A DNA stretch of 64,000 nt from Escherichia coli (lineage in GTDB: Bacteria; Pseudomonadota; Gammaproteobacteria; Enterobacterales; Enterobacteriaceae): NCBI RefSeq assembly GCF_003019035.1, contig NZ_CP027447.1; one strand, written 5' to 3'. The translations under genes were made by a program, and so were the position numbers. The notes under the pieces were generated by a model, which was not told where the DNA came from, did not search any database, and worked only from the letters and a program-made list of their open reading frames with translations. Shown one piece after another: positions 53,760 through 64,000 of the stretch; the stretch's first letter is position 1; each line of letters begins with the position of its first letter.

Positions 53760-54160
53760 AAATGTTCCTCTTCTTATTGTACTTAATTCCAAAGTAATTT
53801 TACGAAGAGAAATAAGTGGATGTAAGTGAAGTGAGTCACATAAAGAGATAGCAGATTTAGCTAAAAAAAGAGAAATAACAGTCCATAAACTGTTGACATT
53901 ACTTTCTGTTCTACTAAGTAATTTCTCGTTGATAAACAACTAATCTATTGATATTTAACAAATTATTTAATTTCACCGACAAAATACCGAATTGAGATCA
54001 TAAATAATCATGCAACGGGTTATGCAAATGCATAAATATGTGATGGCTGTCACTTATTTATTTCAAGAAATATATCACCTAAAAACAACGCGGGGCAGGG
54101 AATGGCTGCCCCATTTAATTCTTACGCAGCGTGTGTGGTTGACTACTCGTTAGCAAATAA

Positions 54161-54922
54161 TCAAATAGCTAAAGCACTCATCGTGTTGTCCGTGTTCATA
54201 CCGGTGTGCCTTTGACAACGGTACTCCTTAGAAACTCTCTTTGGACTGTTGCCGAAATGTTTGCGGAACGCATAAATAAAATAAGATGTACTCGCATAAC
54301 CACATTGTTCGGCAATTTTATTGACTGAACCTTCTACGCGTATCAAATTTTTTGCGTGCTGCATTCTGGCATCTAAAAGAATCTGTGAGAATGTCGTTTG
54401 CTCTTGCTTTAGTTTTTTCTTCAACAGGCTTTCACTGATGTACAGGCAGTCACAAATATCTTTCAGCTTCCATGGGTGCGCCAGCTTCATGTTGACAATA
54501 TTTCTCACTTTCCCGGAAACGGATAGCACACCGTTAGTTAATAGTGTAATGAAACCTTTGCATGCGGCAAAAATAGACAGGCAAGAAAAAAGCAAAAGTT
54601 CTGAAAAATTATGATGATTGCGTTCTTCCGAGTTGAGATAAGCAATCATTTCATTAAGCAATCCAGTCGGTACATTTGAAGCACGTAAAAACTTCGCAGG
54701 AACAGGCACCGTCACTGTCTGGATGTTAGTGCATTGTAGATATTTTTTAATGGTATTTTCATTAAATCCGATTTCTTTAAAATGCCGCTCATAAGGTTCA
54801 AAATGTGTACGAACAGCGTTATCTACCATCAGGATCTCGCCGTCAGAGAAGGCGTAATCTTTATCTAAAATGTTAGCGTTGAAAGCATGATGAATAAATA
54901 TAACAGAACAAACGAGCGACAT
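54161..54922 (-). CDS. ydeO: AraC-family acid-resistance regulator
   Basis: 253 aa; C-terminal AraC-type helix-turn-helix. Confidence 0.85.
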   Translation of the reverse strand: MSLVCSVIFIHHAFNANILDKDYAFSDGEILMVDNAVRTHFEPYERHFKEIGFNENTIKKYLQCTNIQTVTVPVPAKFLRASNVPTGLLNEMIAYLNSEERNHHNFSELLLFSCLSIFAACKGFITLLTNGVLSVSGKVRNIVNMKLAHPWKLKDICDCLYISESLLKKKLKQEQTTFSQILLDARMQHAKNLIRVEGSVNKIAEQCGYASTSYFIYAFRKHFGNSPKRVSKEYRCQRHTGMNTDNTMSALAI

Positions 54923-54995
54923 TTTATCTCCTTAAAACAATAAAGTTTTATCGATACCTTTTAAACATTTCACATTTATAATTTGCTGTTTATTT

Positions 54996-55193
54996 TCAGT
55001 CTTGCAAACTATTGATAATGAAATGTGTAAGATCTCTTGCAATGCGACCCATTTCTGAAATACTCAGCTGATCAATTGCCGAAAAAATGGCTATCAACGT
55101 AAGTGTCAGTAATAAGACAACCACAATTACAGACATGATTTCTTTATAGTTGTCTCTTTGCGTGATTTTGTTTTTCACTGTGGTCGCATGCAT
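54996..55193 (-). CDS. safA: Small membrane two-component connector protein
   Basis: 65 aa, single transmembrane helix; upstream of ydeO. Confidence 0.75.
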   Translation of the reverse strand: MHATTVKNKITQRDNYKEIMSVIVVVLLLTLTLIAIFSAIDQLSISEMGRIARDLTHFIINSLQD

Positions 55194-55440
55194 TTCAAAT
55201 ATGTTTATTTAGCGGATAACGTTAAAAATCGTAAATCAGTATGCTTAATATAACAGGCTGGATAAAAGAGGAAATAGGACTGGTGCTTCAGTACTGAGCG
55301 GAGTTTCTTACAGCTGTAGGCAGAAGTTTATATCTTATAGTATGTAGTTTAATTTAATCCATATGAGCAAATTGCGTGATAATAGTCAATGAGGAATTCT
55401 TCTGCTGTGCGGATGACAGCAGAAGAAATGAGAAGAGGCA

Positions 55441-57720
55441 TTAATTTGATGGTTCTAATTCAACCGGAATACTTTTATAGCCAGGAATGCCACTTAATGG
55501 ATCGTGGTTATCAAGTGTTAGCATGTGATTCGATTCTGGAAAATAGGTCACCAGTGAGCGGTCAGCCATAGGGTAAATGACCACTTTTAATCTATCCATG
55601 CGGCGTGAGCTTCGCTTACCGTCTGGCGTAAGCGCAATAAGATTAACTCTTTCGCCGTTTTTTACACGGCAAATTTTAGCTTGTTTAGCACTCATAAAGA
55701 CCACATCTCGTTGACCGAATACCCCTCGATAGCGATCATCCATACCATAAATCGTCGTGTTGTACTGATCGTGACTGCGTACTGTCGCCATGACTAGCTT
55801 ACTGTTAAACGCTGAAGAGGGATCTTCTAACAGCCCTTTACTGGTAATGAAATTAGCCTTACCTGACGGCGTCATCCAGCGCCTTTCAGCAGCTGCATTT
55901 ATCAGGTGAAAACCACCGGGATGACGGATGCGCTGGTTATAGTCGGCGAACTCTGGCAGCACAGCTTCAATGTCATTGCGAATGCGATCATAATCTTCCA
56001 CCAGATACTCCCAGGCTACCACGCTCTGGGGTAGTGCTGCCTGCGCGATTCCCGCGACCACTGCACACTCTGATTTCAGCATTACACCGGCGGGTTTTAA
56101 CACACCACGCGAGGCATGAATCATCGACATTGAATCTTCAACGGTTACCGCCTGCGCACCGCTTTTTTGCATGTCAATCTCGCTACGTCCCAGAACCGGC
56201 AGAATATAGCTATGCCGTGCGGTCAGCAGATGAGAGCGGTTAAGCTTAGTGGCTACGTGTACCGCCAAATCTAATTGCGTTAACGGTACAGCGCTCGCTT
56301 CCCGATCTGGCATTGCCAGCGCAAAGTTGCCCCCCATGCAGATCAATGCTCGAGCTTGCCCCGTACATATTGCTTGCATGCTGGCAATTGCAGCATGTCC
56401 AGGTGCATGAGGTGGGGTGAAACCATAGCGCTCACCCAGGCGAGCCAGAAACTCTGCAGACGGTTTCTCGGTGATACCGACGGTTCGGTCGCCCTGTACA
56501 TTAGAGTGACCTCGTAGTGGGCAGATGCCCGCACCAGGCTTGCCAATGTTACCTTTCATCAACAGCAGATTGACCAGTTGCTGTACATTCTGGGTACCAT
56601 GTTCGTGCTGAGTGATCCCCATTCCGTAACAGATAATGGTGCGTTCGGCAGCGGCATATGCATCAGCCAGTTCGGCGATTTGAGTCTGACTTAGTCCAGA
56701 AATACGCTCGATATCTTTCCACTCGGAATTGAGAACGTCACGGCGTAGCTCGTCAAAGCCGACGGTATGCGTTTGAATAAATTCGTCATCCAGCAATGAG
56801 GGCCGACCTGCGGCGCTTGCAGCATCATCGCGCTCAATTAACAGGCGCATCATCCCCTTGAGCAACGCCATATCACCACCAATGCGCACGTTGTAGTAGG
56901 CACTGGCCAACTGAGTCTCAGAGTTCGTCAGCATTTCAAACGGGTTTTGCGGTGCGGTAAATCGCTCCAGGCCACGTTCCTGTAGAGGATTGATGGCGAT
57001 CATTTTCGCTCCCCGTTTCACTAAAGCGCGCAACGAAGTCAACATGCGAGGGTGGTTTGTACCAGGGTTATGCCCAATGCAAATGACTAAATCGCATTTC
57101 TCAAAGTCTTCCAGCAACACGGTCCCTTTACCTACACCGATACTCGCTGCCAAACCCACACTGGTCGGTTCATGGCACATGTTGGAGCAGTCGGGGAAGT
57201 TATTGCTCCCGTATTCACGGGCAAAAAGCTGATAAAGAAAGGCAGCTTCATTGGAAGTGCGGCCCGAAGTATAGAATTCAACCTGATTGGGATCACTATA
57301 GCTTTGAAGGCGTTCGCCAATTTCGTCGAAAGCTTGTTGCCAGCTTAATGGCTTGTAACAGTCGCTGACGGCATCATATTTCAAAGGCTGGGTGAGACGC
57401 CCCGCAGCCTCAAGCTCGTGATCTCCCCAGGTAAGTAATGATTGAACCGTATTCTCAGCAAAGAAAGAGGCATTTACCTGCTTATCCGTGACTTCCCAGG
57501 CGATTGCTTTTGCGCCGTTTTCACAAATGTCGAATGACGCACTGTGCTTAGGATCTGGCCATGCACAACCCGGACAGTCAAAGCCCTCTGGCTTATTCAT
57601 GTCAAACATGGCAATAACATCCTGGCGTATATCCATCTGCTTACGTACTGCATTCGCTACGGATTTAACAGCACCCCAACCACCGGCAGCCCCCTGGTAG
57701 GATTCAATTTTTTTCTTCAT
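55441..57720 (-). CDS. ydeP: Molybdopterin oxidoreductase (formate dehydrogenase-like), acid-resistance associated
   Basis: 759 aa; N-terminal Cys cluster. Confidence 0.85.
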   Translation of the reverse strand: MKKKIESYQGAAGGWGAVKSVANAVRKQMDIRQDVIAMFDMNKPEGFDCPGCAWPDPKHSASFDICENGAKAIAWEVTDKQVNASFFAENTVQSLLTWGDHELEAAGRLTQPLKYDAVSDCYKPLSWQQAFDEIGERLQSYSDPNQVEFYTSGRTSNEAAFLYQLFAREYGSNNFPDCSNMCHEPTSVGLAASIGVGKGTVLLEDFEKCDLVICIGHNPGTNHPRMLTSLRALVKRGAKMIAINPLQERGLERFTAPQNPFEMLTNSETQLASAYYNVRIGGDMALLKGMMRLLIERDDAASAAGRPSLLDDEFIQTHTVGFDELRRDVLNSEWKDIERISGLSQTQIAELADAYAAAERTIICYGMGITQHEHGTQNVQQLVNLLLMKGNIGKPGAGICPLRGHSNVQGDRTVGITEKPSAEFLARLGERYGFTPPHAPGHAAIASMQAICTGQARALICMGGNFALAMPDREASAVPLTQLDLAVHVATKLNRSHLLTARHSYILPVLGRSEIDMQKSGAQAVTVEDSMSMIHASRGVLKPAGVMLKSECAVVAGIAQAALPQSVVAWEYLVEDYDRIRNDIEAVLPEFADYNQRIRHPGGFHLINAAAERRWMTPSGKANFITSKGLLEDPSSAFNSKLVMATVRSHDQYNTTIYGMDDRYRGVFGQRDVVFMSAKQAKICRVKNGERVNLIALTPDGKRSSRRMDRLKVVIYPMADRSLVTYFPESNHMLTLDNHDPLSGIPGYKSIPVELEPSN

Positions 57721-58052
57721 CTACTTATCCTGTGTGGAAATGAATTATTAGGATTTGTAATAGCGATGATGCACAGTATATACAAAGGGATTATCGTCAA
57801 TATGGATATATAAGAGTAGGGGACTACTCTCTTTCTATTTTAATCTATTATCGTTAAACAAAAGATTAAATACGATAAATTAAGCATCATCTCTCATAGT
57901 GTTTAAATTAACATATTTTTCAATATAAAAAATAAGACTCTGGCTTCAATTGTGCGCGGATTTTCTTACAGATGTAGGATAATAGCCTTCACAAAATAAT
58001 TATCCGCGCAATTTTCGTGAATGGAGCGCATAGACTAAGGTCAAAATCACAA

Positions 58053-58967
58053 TTATTCATAGATAAAAGTGACACCAATGACTGACTGGACGGTTCCGGC
58101 TGCAACCTTGTTTCCTGTTTGTCCATAGGTTGCGCTTAAACCCAGAGGTACTTTGCTTTTATTTACTGTCCCCAGGGAGACGTTTTCTCCCGTAGCCAGT
58201 ATTTTTCCATTACGCATCAGAGAGACACCCACTCCCGATGCTTTTGTTGCATCTGGTGCTGTGTTAGCAAACACTTGTCTGGCACTGTCAGTGGTAGCAC
58301 CCGAAAGATAAAATGAGAGCTTTTGTTCACTTGAGCAATATACGCCAAGGGGTATTTCTGCGCTTCCAGGAAAGTCAGGGAGATTCACGGTGACATTACG
58401 ACTATCAACGGTGCAGCCGCCTGTTGGCATAACAACACTGTTATTTGAAATAATATTCCACGTAAAATTACGCGGATTTCCGCTTCCTAACGTGGCAATT
58501 TTATACATATGAATACGGGCAATAACTTCCCCAGCTTTTATGACAACTCCACCGGCCGCACCGACTGGGGTAATATAGAGTTTTAACGGTAATGGCATCG
58601 GTGTCTTATCACCAATATCTAATACATTAGTATTTGTCGTCAACGGGAAGGGGTAGGTCACATTATTCCAGTACAGCGATCCTTTATATGACTGTAGGGA
58701 GCCTGCGAAAGCTGAGCCTTGTACCAGGTTTATATGATCAGTGTCGTACCAGCCGCCGTAATCATTCCAGCAACTTATATGCTGAGACAAGTCTACAACC
58801 AGATTCTGGCCCGGTTGTATTACAGGGTCGAGATTAACATAAACAGAGGTTGTACCTGCTCCAATACTTGACCCGCCATCGACATTACAACTGAAGGCAA
58901 AAACTTTGCCTGCCATTAATAGAAGATAAATACTGAACAGAACCTTTATACTGAATGTTTTACCCAT
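58053..58967 (-). CDS. ydeQ: Fimbrial tip adhesin (FimH-like)
   Basis: 304 aa; signal peptide; last gene of the chaperone-usher operon. Confidence 0.8.
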   Translation of the reverse strand: MGKTFSIKVLFSIYLLLMAGKVFAFSCNVDGGSSIGAGTTSVYVNLDPVIQPGQNLVVDLSQHISCWNDYGGWYDTDHINLVQGSAFAGSLQSYKGSLYWNNVTYPFPLTTNTNVLDIGDKTPMPLPLKLYITPVGAAGGVVIKAGEVIARIHMYKIATLGSGNPRNFTWNIISNNSVVMPTGGCTVDSRNVTVNLPDFPGSAEIPLGVYCSSEQKLSFYLSGATTDSARQVFANTAPDATKASGVGVSLMRNGKILATGENVSLGTVNKSKVPLGLSATYGQTGNKVAAGTVQSVIGVTFIYE

Positions 58968-59025
58968 GATATATCCTAAGGTTAAAAAATTGATTTAAAT
59001 AGAGGCAAAAAAAATCAAATTGATG

Positions 59026-59529
59026 TTATTGCCAGGTATAGATCACATTGATTAGCGACTCGATCGTTCCCTGGCTTGCGTTTCCATTCACCGTGATAGC
59101 TCTTGCCTTAAGTGGAAACTGTGCATTACGAGTGATCTCATCAACAATAACCGTTTTGCTATCGCCATTTTTTAACGTCGCATCCTGGTCATCCCTTAGC
59201 TCTATCTGAATATTTTCGGCAGTACCTTCATTTTTGTAATAACCCGTATTGTCAGTTGAACCTGTCACGATTGCCGTCACTGCACTTGTTTCAATCGGAC
59301 AATCGGTTAATGACAAAGTAATATTGTGCCAGCCAGATGCAGAACCAGGTTGTTGCAGATTGCGTGTATAAAGATCCCCGAGATTAACGTTAGCTTCTTT
59401 GGTTTGAATAGTGCATGGTTTAGCGACTACCCGACCATTAACAGTGATAGTGACATCGGCGGCCTGGAGAGTTGCTGTGAATAATGTGCAAAACGTAGCT
59501 AACAGGAACCTCTTGTGAAGTCTTTTCAT
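59026..59529 (-). CDS. ydeR: Fimbrial minor subunit
   Basis: 167 aa; signal peptide; pilin-like C-terminus. Confidence 0.8.
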   Translation of the reverse strand: MKRLHKRFLLATFCTLFTATLQAADVTITVNGRVVAKPCTIQTKEANVNLGDLYTRNLQQPGSASGWHNITLSLTDCPIETSAVTAIVTGSTDNTGYYKNEGTAENIQIELRDDQDATLKNGDSKTVIVDEITRNAQFPLKARAITVNGNASQGTIESLINVIYTWQ

Positions 59530-59541
59530 ATCTGACTCTGA

Positions 59542-60072
59542 TTATTGAAATTCAAGGGTAAAGGTTGCCGAAGCGCTCACCAGTCCAGGATTGACGGACT
59601 TCTGAGTTGACTTCAAACGAGCGGAGTAAGGCAAAATATTGTTCTGTTCTGGTACCAATGGGATCCACTGCATCCCGGCATGAAGGTCATTCAATTTCAC
59701 CGGACGCATATTTCCGTCCAGTATTTCTATACCCAAACCGGAGGCCGTATTGCTTCCTTCATCCAGTTTCAACAGAGTATTATTTTCTGCATCCTCAATA
59801 CCGTTAAATGCAACCCGAACTCCCGTTGTCCCTTTGCTGCATTCACTTAATGTAATCTGAAAAGGGACGGCTGGACTTGTGCTACCGGTCGTTGGAAATT
59901 GTCTGGCACTGTTTTTTTGGAGATCTACGGTAAAATTAAGCGAATCCGATGAGACTGTGCAGCCATAATCGAGGACGCGCCCGCTAATTTTAATAACGCT
60001 ATCTGCAGATAAAGCAGAATAGGTGGTTAACCCCAGACATAAACCGAGGAAAATAATGTTATTGTATTTCAT
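59542..60072 (-). CDS. ydeS: Fimbrial minor subunit
   Basis: 176 aa; signal peptide. Confidence 0.8.
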   Translation of the reverse strand: MKYNNIIFLGLCLGLTTYSALSADSVIKISGRVLDYGCTVSSDSLNFTVDLQKNSARQFPTTGSTSPAVPFQITLSECSKGTTGVRVAFNGIEDAENNTLLKLDEGSNTASGLGIEILDGNMRPVKLNDLHAGMQWIPLVPEQNNILPYSARLKSTQKSVNPGLVSASATFTLEFQ

Positions 60073-60085
60073 AATCTATTGTTCC

Positions 60086-62737
60086 TTAGCGACAGATTGC
60101 TGTCTGCTGGTTCAGTAAGGTACCAGGAGAAACTTCAGGAAGCTTGTACTCGACAATACAGTTTGAGTTTTTATCTTTGCCCCATGAAACCTGTAATTTC
60201 CCTGACTGTGGAAGTCCAGTCAGATAAACCTGACCGTTTTCCGCGACAATGCTGCCATTTTTATTCTCTCCATGTGTGACAATTGCACCGAATGGAACGC
60301 TCTTATTACCGTACTTCAACGTCATTAATACTTTCCCGCCGATTTGTGCATTAAATGTTGCTCTGGCAATAGCACCGTGAGTTGGGATGACAGTGACAAC
60401 GGTTTCATCCAGTTCAACATTATCTGCAAGGGAATTCGCGTTAAGAGCGACACGATTTTCTCTATATTCTGTCGCAAATGGTAATATGGCATAGCCACGC
60501 CAGTCGGTATGAATTCCGGTCTGGTTCTCTATTTTGACATTATCAGCGCCAGGAGCCTTAACCAGAACCATTGTGTCGCCCAGCGGCTGTCCAAAGGTGA
60601 TGCCATCAGCATGAGCAATAATCCCACCACTCATTCCGTAATAAATCTGGCTGCTGTCACCACTCCGACTGTAACCGACATTCGTATTACCGTAAGCTCC
60701 ACGATAATTAAGAGAACTGTAACCACTGGTGCCAGACGATGTATTACCCCCTTGGGTGTTACCGACCTGAACGCTATAATTCAGGTTATTATCCGGCAGC
60801 AGAGTGCCATAAACCCCTGATAGGTTGGTCATGCCGCCTTTCAAATCGTTTGACATACTGTAACTGGCGTTTGAATTACGAAATGCCGACTGACTGTCTG
60901 TACGCATCCAATGACTGAAGGGAACATTAAGCGTAAAAGCAAGTAAATGATCCCGATCGTTTTGCCATATATTATTGGAATAGCTGTAATTCAGCGAAGT
61001 CGTAATATCACCAAACGGCACATTTAATCCAAATGATATTTGCTGGTCGCTGCGTGACGTGTTCCAGTAACTTTGGCGACTGGCACTGAAAAATGTCGTA
61101 CCGTAATGTCCAAGCTGCTGAGAGATGCTTATTTGTTCCTGACCACGCTTACTGTAAAACAGATTAAAATAATCAATAAATAGTGTCTGCTCATTGCTGT
61201 CTCCGGTAGGAGGCTTGACGGTGTAACCACTCATTCGACTGTATGCACTGTCGGATAAGTTATAAAAACCTTGCGTAGAATAGCGATATCCTGCGACCTG
61301 GATATTGGTTCCCGTCTGGTAGAAGGATTTGCTGTAGACGGATTTAACCGATTGCCCGCTGTGACGGGTGCCATCTGCAAGTGTCGTATTGGCCTGCGTG
61401 ATATCGAAAGAAAAGGCACCAAAAAGTCCTAAATCTTTACCAATACCAAGGTTGAAGGCCTGATATTCTTCTGCAATTTGTATTCCGCCATAAGGTGTCC
61501 AGTTTCCTTTCAGACCATGCATCAAGCTTGCTTGTACGAACTTGGGGGAGCTTTGCAGGTTATTTCCACTACGATATTCCCCCATGGCAAGCGCATAACG
61601 CGTATATCCAGCACGTTGGAGAACCGGAACAGACGAATAAGGAACATATAATGTCTGAATACTGCCGTCTGCCTCTTTTATAGTTACTTGCAGATCACCA
61701 CCATTGGCCGCAGAGTTGATATCATCAATAGTAAAAGGGCCGGGTGGAACAGTAGTCTGATAAACATCGTATCCGTTCTGTTTTACACTCACTTGTGCGG
61801 TGCCACGGGCAATACCATGAATCACCGGAGCGAAACCATGTTGGCTATCGGGCAACATCGCTTCTGTTGAATTTATTTTTAGGCCACGAAAGTTCACACT
61901 ATCAAAAATATCGCCATCGGTATAACTATCACCTACCGTTAAGCGTGAGCGTAAGGGAATAATGTCACGTTCAGCCGACGTATTGATATGCTGCCATTTA
62001 TTGCTGTCAGATGAATTGCTACTCCCACTGTTATAACTCCACGTTGAGTTATCGCGCAGTCGCCAACTACCAATGTTGATGCCACTCTGTAAATTCAAAT
62101 ATGCATAGTTGGATTTTCCAGCATTATGGTTACTACGATTATTAATAGAATTACCATTAAAACTATAGTTTAGAAGCCCAGCATTTATTCCTTCTTCCCA
62201 CAGATCAGGAGAAACATAGCCGCGAGCCATTCTGCCAACATATATTTGCGGAACGGAGAGTGACAGATGTTGCTGACCAACATCAAACTCAGATGATGCG
62301 TCAGCCAAACGATCCTGGAGTGGTGTGCATGCGCTGTTGTCCGGCACATGTTTTTCTGCCGAATGTTCCTTGTTGTCTAATAATGCTGATTTTTTTATGC
62401 CAAGACTGACAAGAAGGTCTGTACTCAGGCATGGGATGAGATCTGCGTTATTATCATCTGCAATAAAAGTAATATCCCGACTAGTCATAAATTCGTCGTT
62501 CAAATAAATGTCGACCCGATATGTACCAGGTGGTGCCTCGCGCCCCTTAGTAAAGGCGGATAAATCGACAGATTCAGCAAGATCATTGCTTAAAAACCGT
62601 GGATTAAAATAATACTCTGCGTCAACGGGAAATACCGCAGTTGCTAAGCCAAGGGCAATGGTAAGCCGTGCAAAGCGAGGCAGTAGTAACACCTGATGCA
62701 TACGATATGCCTTAAATGCGGCACGAAAGGCTGTCAT
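60086..62737 (-). CDS. ydeT: Fimbrial usher (FimD-like), apparently intact
   Basis: 883-aa uninterrupted ORF. Confidence 0.85.
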   Translation of the reverse strand: MTAFRAAFKAYRMHQVLLLPRFARLTIALGLATAVFPVDAEYYFNPRFLSNDLAESVDLSAFTKGREAPPGTYRVDIYLNDEFMTSRDITFIADDNNADLIPCLSTDLLVSLGIKKSALLDNKEHSAEKHVPDNSACTPLQDRLADASSEFDVGQQHLSLSVPQIYVGRMARGYVSPDLWEEGINAGLLNYSFNGNSINNRSNHNAGKSNYAYLNLQSGINIGSWRLRDNSTWSYNSGSSNSSDSNKWQHINTSAERDIIPLRSRLTVGDSYTDGDIFDSVNFRGLKINSTEAMLPDSQHGFAPVIHGIARGTAQVSVKQNGYDVYQTTVPPGPFTIDDINSAANGGDLQVTIKEADGSIQTLYVPYSSVPVLQRAGYTRYALAMGEYRSGNNLQSSPKFVQASLMHGLKGNWTPYGGIQIAEEYQAFNLGIGKDLGLFGAFSFDITQANTTLADGTRHSGQSVKSVYSKSFYQTGTNIQVAGYRYSTQGFYNLSDSAYSRMSGYTVKPPTGDSNEQTLFIDYFNLFYSKRGQEQISISQQLGHYGTTFFSASRQSYWNTSRSDQQISFGLNVPFGDITTSLNYSYSNNIWQNDRDHLLAFTLNVPFSHWMRTDSQSAFRNSNASYSMSNDLKGGMTNLSGVYGTLLPDNNLNYSVQVGNTQGGNTSSGTSGYSSLNYRGAYGNTNVGYSRSGDSSQIYYGMSGGIIAHADGITFGQPLGDTMVLVKAPGADNVKIENQTGIHTDWRGYAILPFATEYRENRVALNANSLADNVELDETVVTVIPTHGAIARATFNAQIGGKVLMTLKYGNKSVPFGAIVTHGENKNGSIVAENGQVYLTGLPQSGKLQVSWGKDKNSNCIVEYKLPEVSPGTLLNQQTAICR

Positions 62738-62778
62738 TATTAATTCCGATTGAGTTTATTATTAATTAGGTCACTGGC

Positions 62779-63498
62779 TTACTGCATGGTTGCCTTAATA
62801 CGCGGAGTTAATGCACCGTAATCATTGATCGTCTGAAAACTGATATCCCCGGTTGCAACATGCGGGATATCCACCGATACTTCACCTTTTGGCGGCACCA
62901 TGGTGTTTGGGAGATTGCTATTTCCTGCTTTCATATTTGTTACGGTAATGAAGTAGGGCGTTGGATTAATAAGAGTGAGTTTGCTACCGCTGCGACGAAA
63001 CCGAAGCATTGCTGGCGCTTCTTCAGGTGCCATTGCCAGGTTCGTGGGGCGATAAAACATTTTTATGCGGCTAATAATTGCCAGCTGTAATGAATTCTCA
63101 TTCTTCTGGTCTTTTTCCATAGCAGGAATAGCTTTAACATTAACCCAGAACAGGCTTTCACGGTCGCCTGGTAACTGATGATTAGTGGCGTTGATTATCC
63201 GCAGCGTATTCTCTTTTTTACCTTGCATGGAAAAAAGCGGTGGGGTAATGACAAACTGGGTGTCTTTTTGGTCACCTGCATTTTCTATCCATGACTGAAT
63301 GAGATAGACACTGGCAGGATCATTATTCGTGACAGGCAATAAAACCTGTTTCTGGTTTGCCGGATAAATTACCCGCGTCGCACCAAGTGCGACAGCTGCG
63401 TTGGCAATGGTGCTATGGCAAGCAAAGAGCAATAAAAGTAACACTGTCGCCATAAAGGAAACAGAGTAGGGGGTACGCGTAGTTTGCATCTGATGCAT
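62779..63498 (-). CDS. Periplasmic fimbrial chaperone (FimC/PapD-like)
   Basis: 239 aa; signal peptide. Confidence 0.85.
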   Translation of the reverse strand: MHQMQTTRTPYSVSFMATVLLLLLFACHSTIANAAVALGATRVIYPANQKQVLLPVTNNDPASVYLIQSWIENAGDQKDTQFVITPPLFSMQGKKENTLRIINATNHQLPGDRESLFWVNVKAIPAMEKDQKNENSLQLAIISRIKMFYRPTNLAMAPEEAPAMLRFRRSGSKLTLINPTPYFITVTNMKAGNSNLPNTMVPPKGEVSVDIPHVATGDISFQTINDYGALTPRIKATMQ

Positions 63499-63851
63499 TC
63501 TCCATGTGTTAAGAGGATAAGCGGGAAAACCGTTACATCAGACAATCAGTAAATGTTGCTAATACATTGGCGACTCGCCGGGTTTCCAGACTTAATGCGT
63601 TTGTAATAAATGTTGGTTCTCTTTTAATAGGAAAACCTTGCTACAAAGTAAATATTTTAAATAACAGTAAGTTTAACTACTGTTGTTTATTGATCGTTTA
63701 GATATTATGTGATTTTTTCATACCGCTCCAAAACACAAACTATTCCTCATTAATAATGAGATGAACATTGGTGAATTGCTCGGGTGTGCGTAGCCATGCC
63801 ACACACACCCTGTTTCAATTTCAGATGACGTATAGCCACCTTAAGATTGAA

Positions 63852-64000
63852 TTATAGATATTGAACTTTGAAGGTCGCATCTGCGTTTGCAGTACCAGCT
63901 ACTGACTGCCCGAGAGCAATATATCGAGCCTGGAACGGCAATATATTCGTGCCATCAATCAAGTCAGTTTTAGCGCTAAAAGTGGCACCATCAAGTATTA
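63852..64000 (-). CDS. Fimbrial major subunit, 3' part only (5' end off-window)
   Basis: Minus-strand frame ends ...[14 protein letters not shown] then stop at 63852-63854, typical pilin C-terminus. Confidence 0.5.
   Translation of the reverse strand, partial: ILDGATFSAKTDLIDGTNILPFQARYIALGQSVAGTANADATFKVQYL

Overview
The window splits into two parts. Positions 1-33407 are the right-hand ~33.4 kb of a Mu-type transposable prophage; 33408-64000 is an Escherichia coli-type chromosomal region. I found no rRNA, tRNA or CRISPR array, and no clearly novel multi-gene system. All calls are from reading the sequence and ORF translations against remembered families; no database search was run.

Prophage: the gene order matches phage Mu from B through mom (early genes, gam, gemA, mor, C, lysis genes, terminase, portal, head, sheath/tube, tape measure, baseplate, tail fibre). 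The invertible G segment is bounded by two gix sites and sits in the orientation that expresses S-U, followed by gin and com-mom. The canonical Mu right-end sequence ends at 33407. The left end (c, ner, A) lies upstream of the window.

Host region: the prophage is inserted inside ddpA. Downstream are ddpX, dosP-dosC, yddW, gadC-gadB, pqqL-yddB-yddA, ydeM-ydeN, ydeO, safA, ydeP, and an intact ydeQRST-type chaperone-usher fimbrial operon.

Best leads for follow-up: (1) a signal-peptide ORF between mom and the Mu right end that I do not remember in reference Mu; (2) an alternate-frame ORF that exactly fills the gap between the tail chaperone gene and the tape measure gene, suggesting a programmed frameshift; (3) an ASCH-like protein and Cys-rich small proteins among the uncharacterised early genes.
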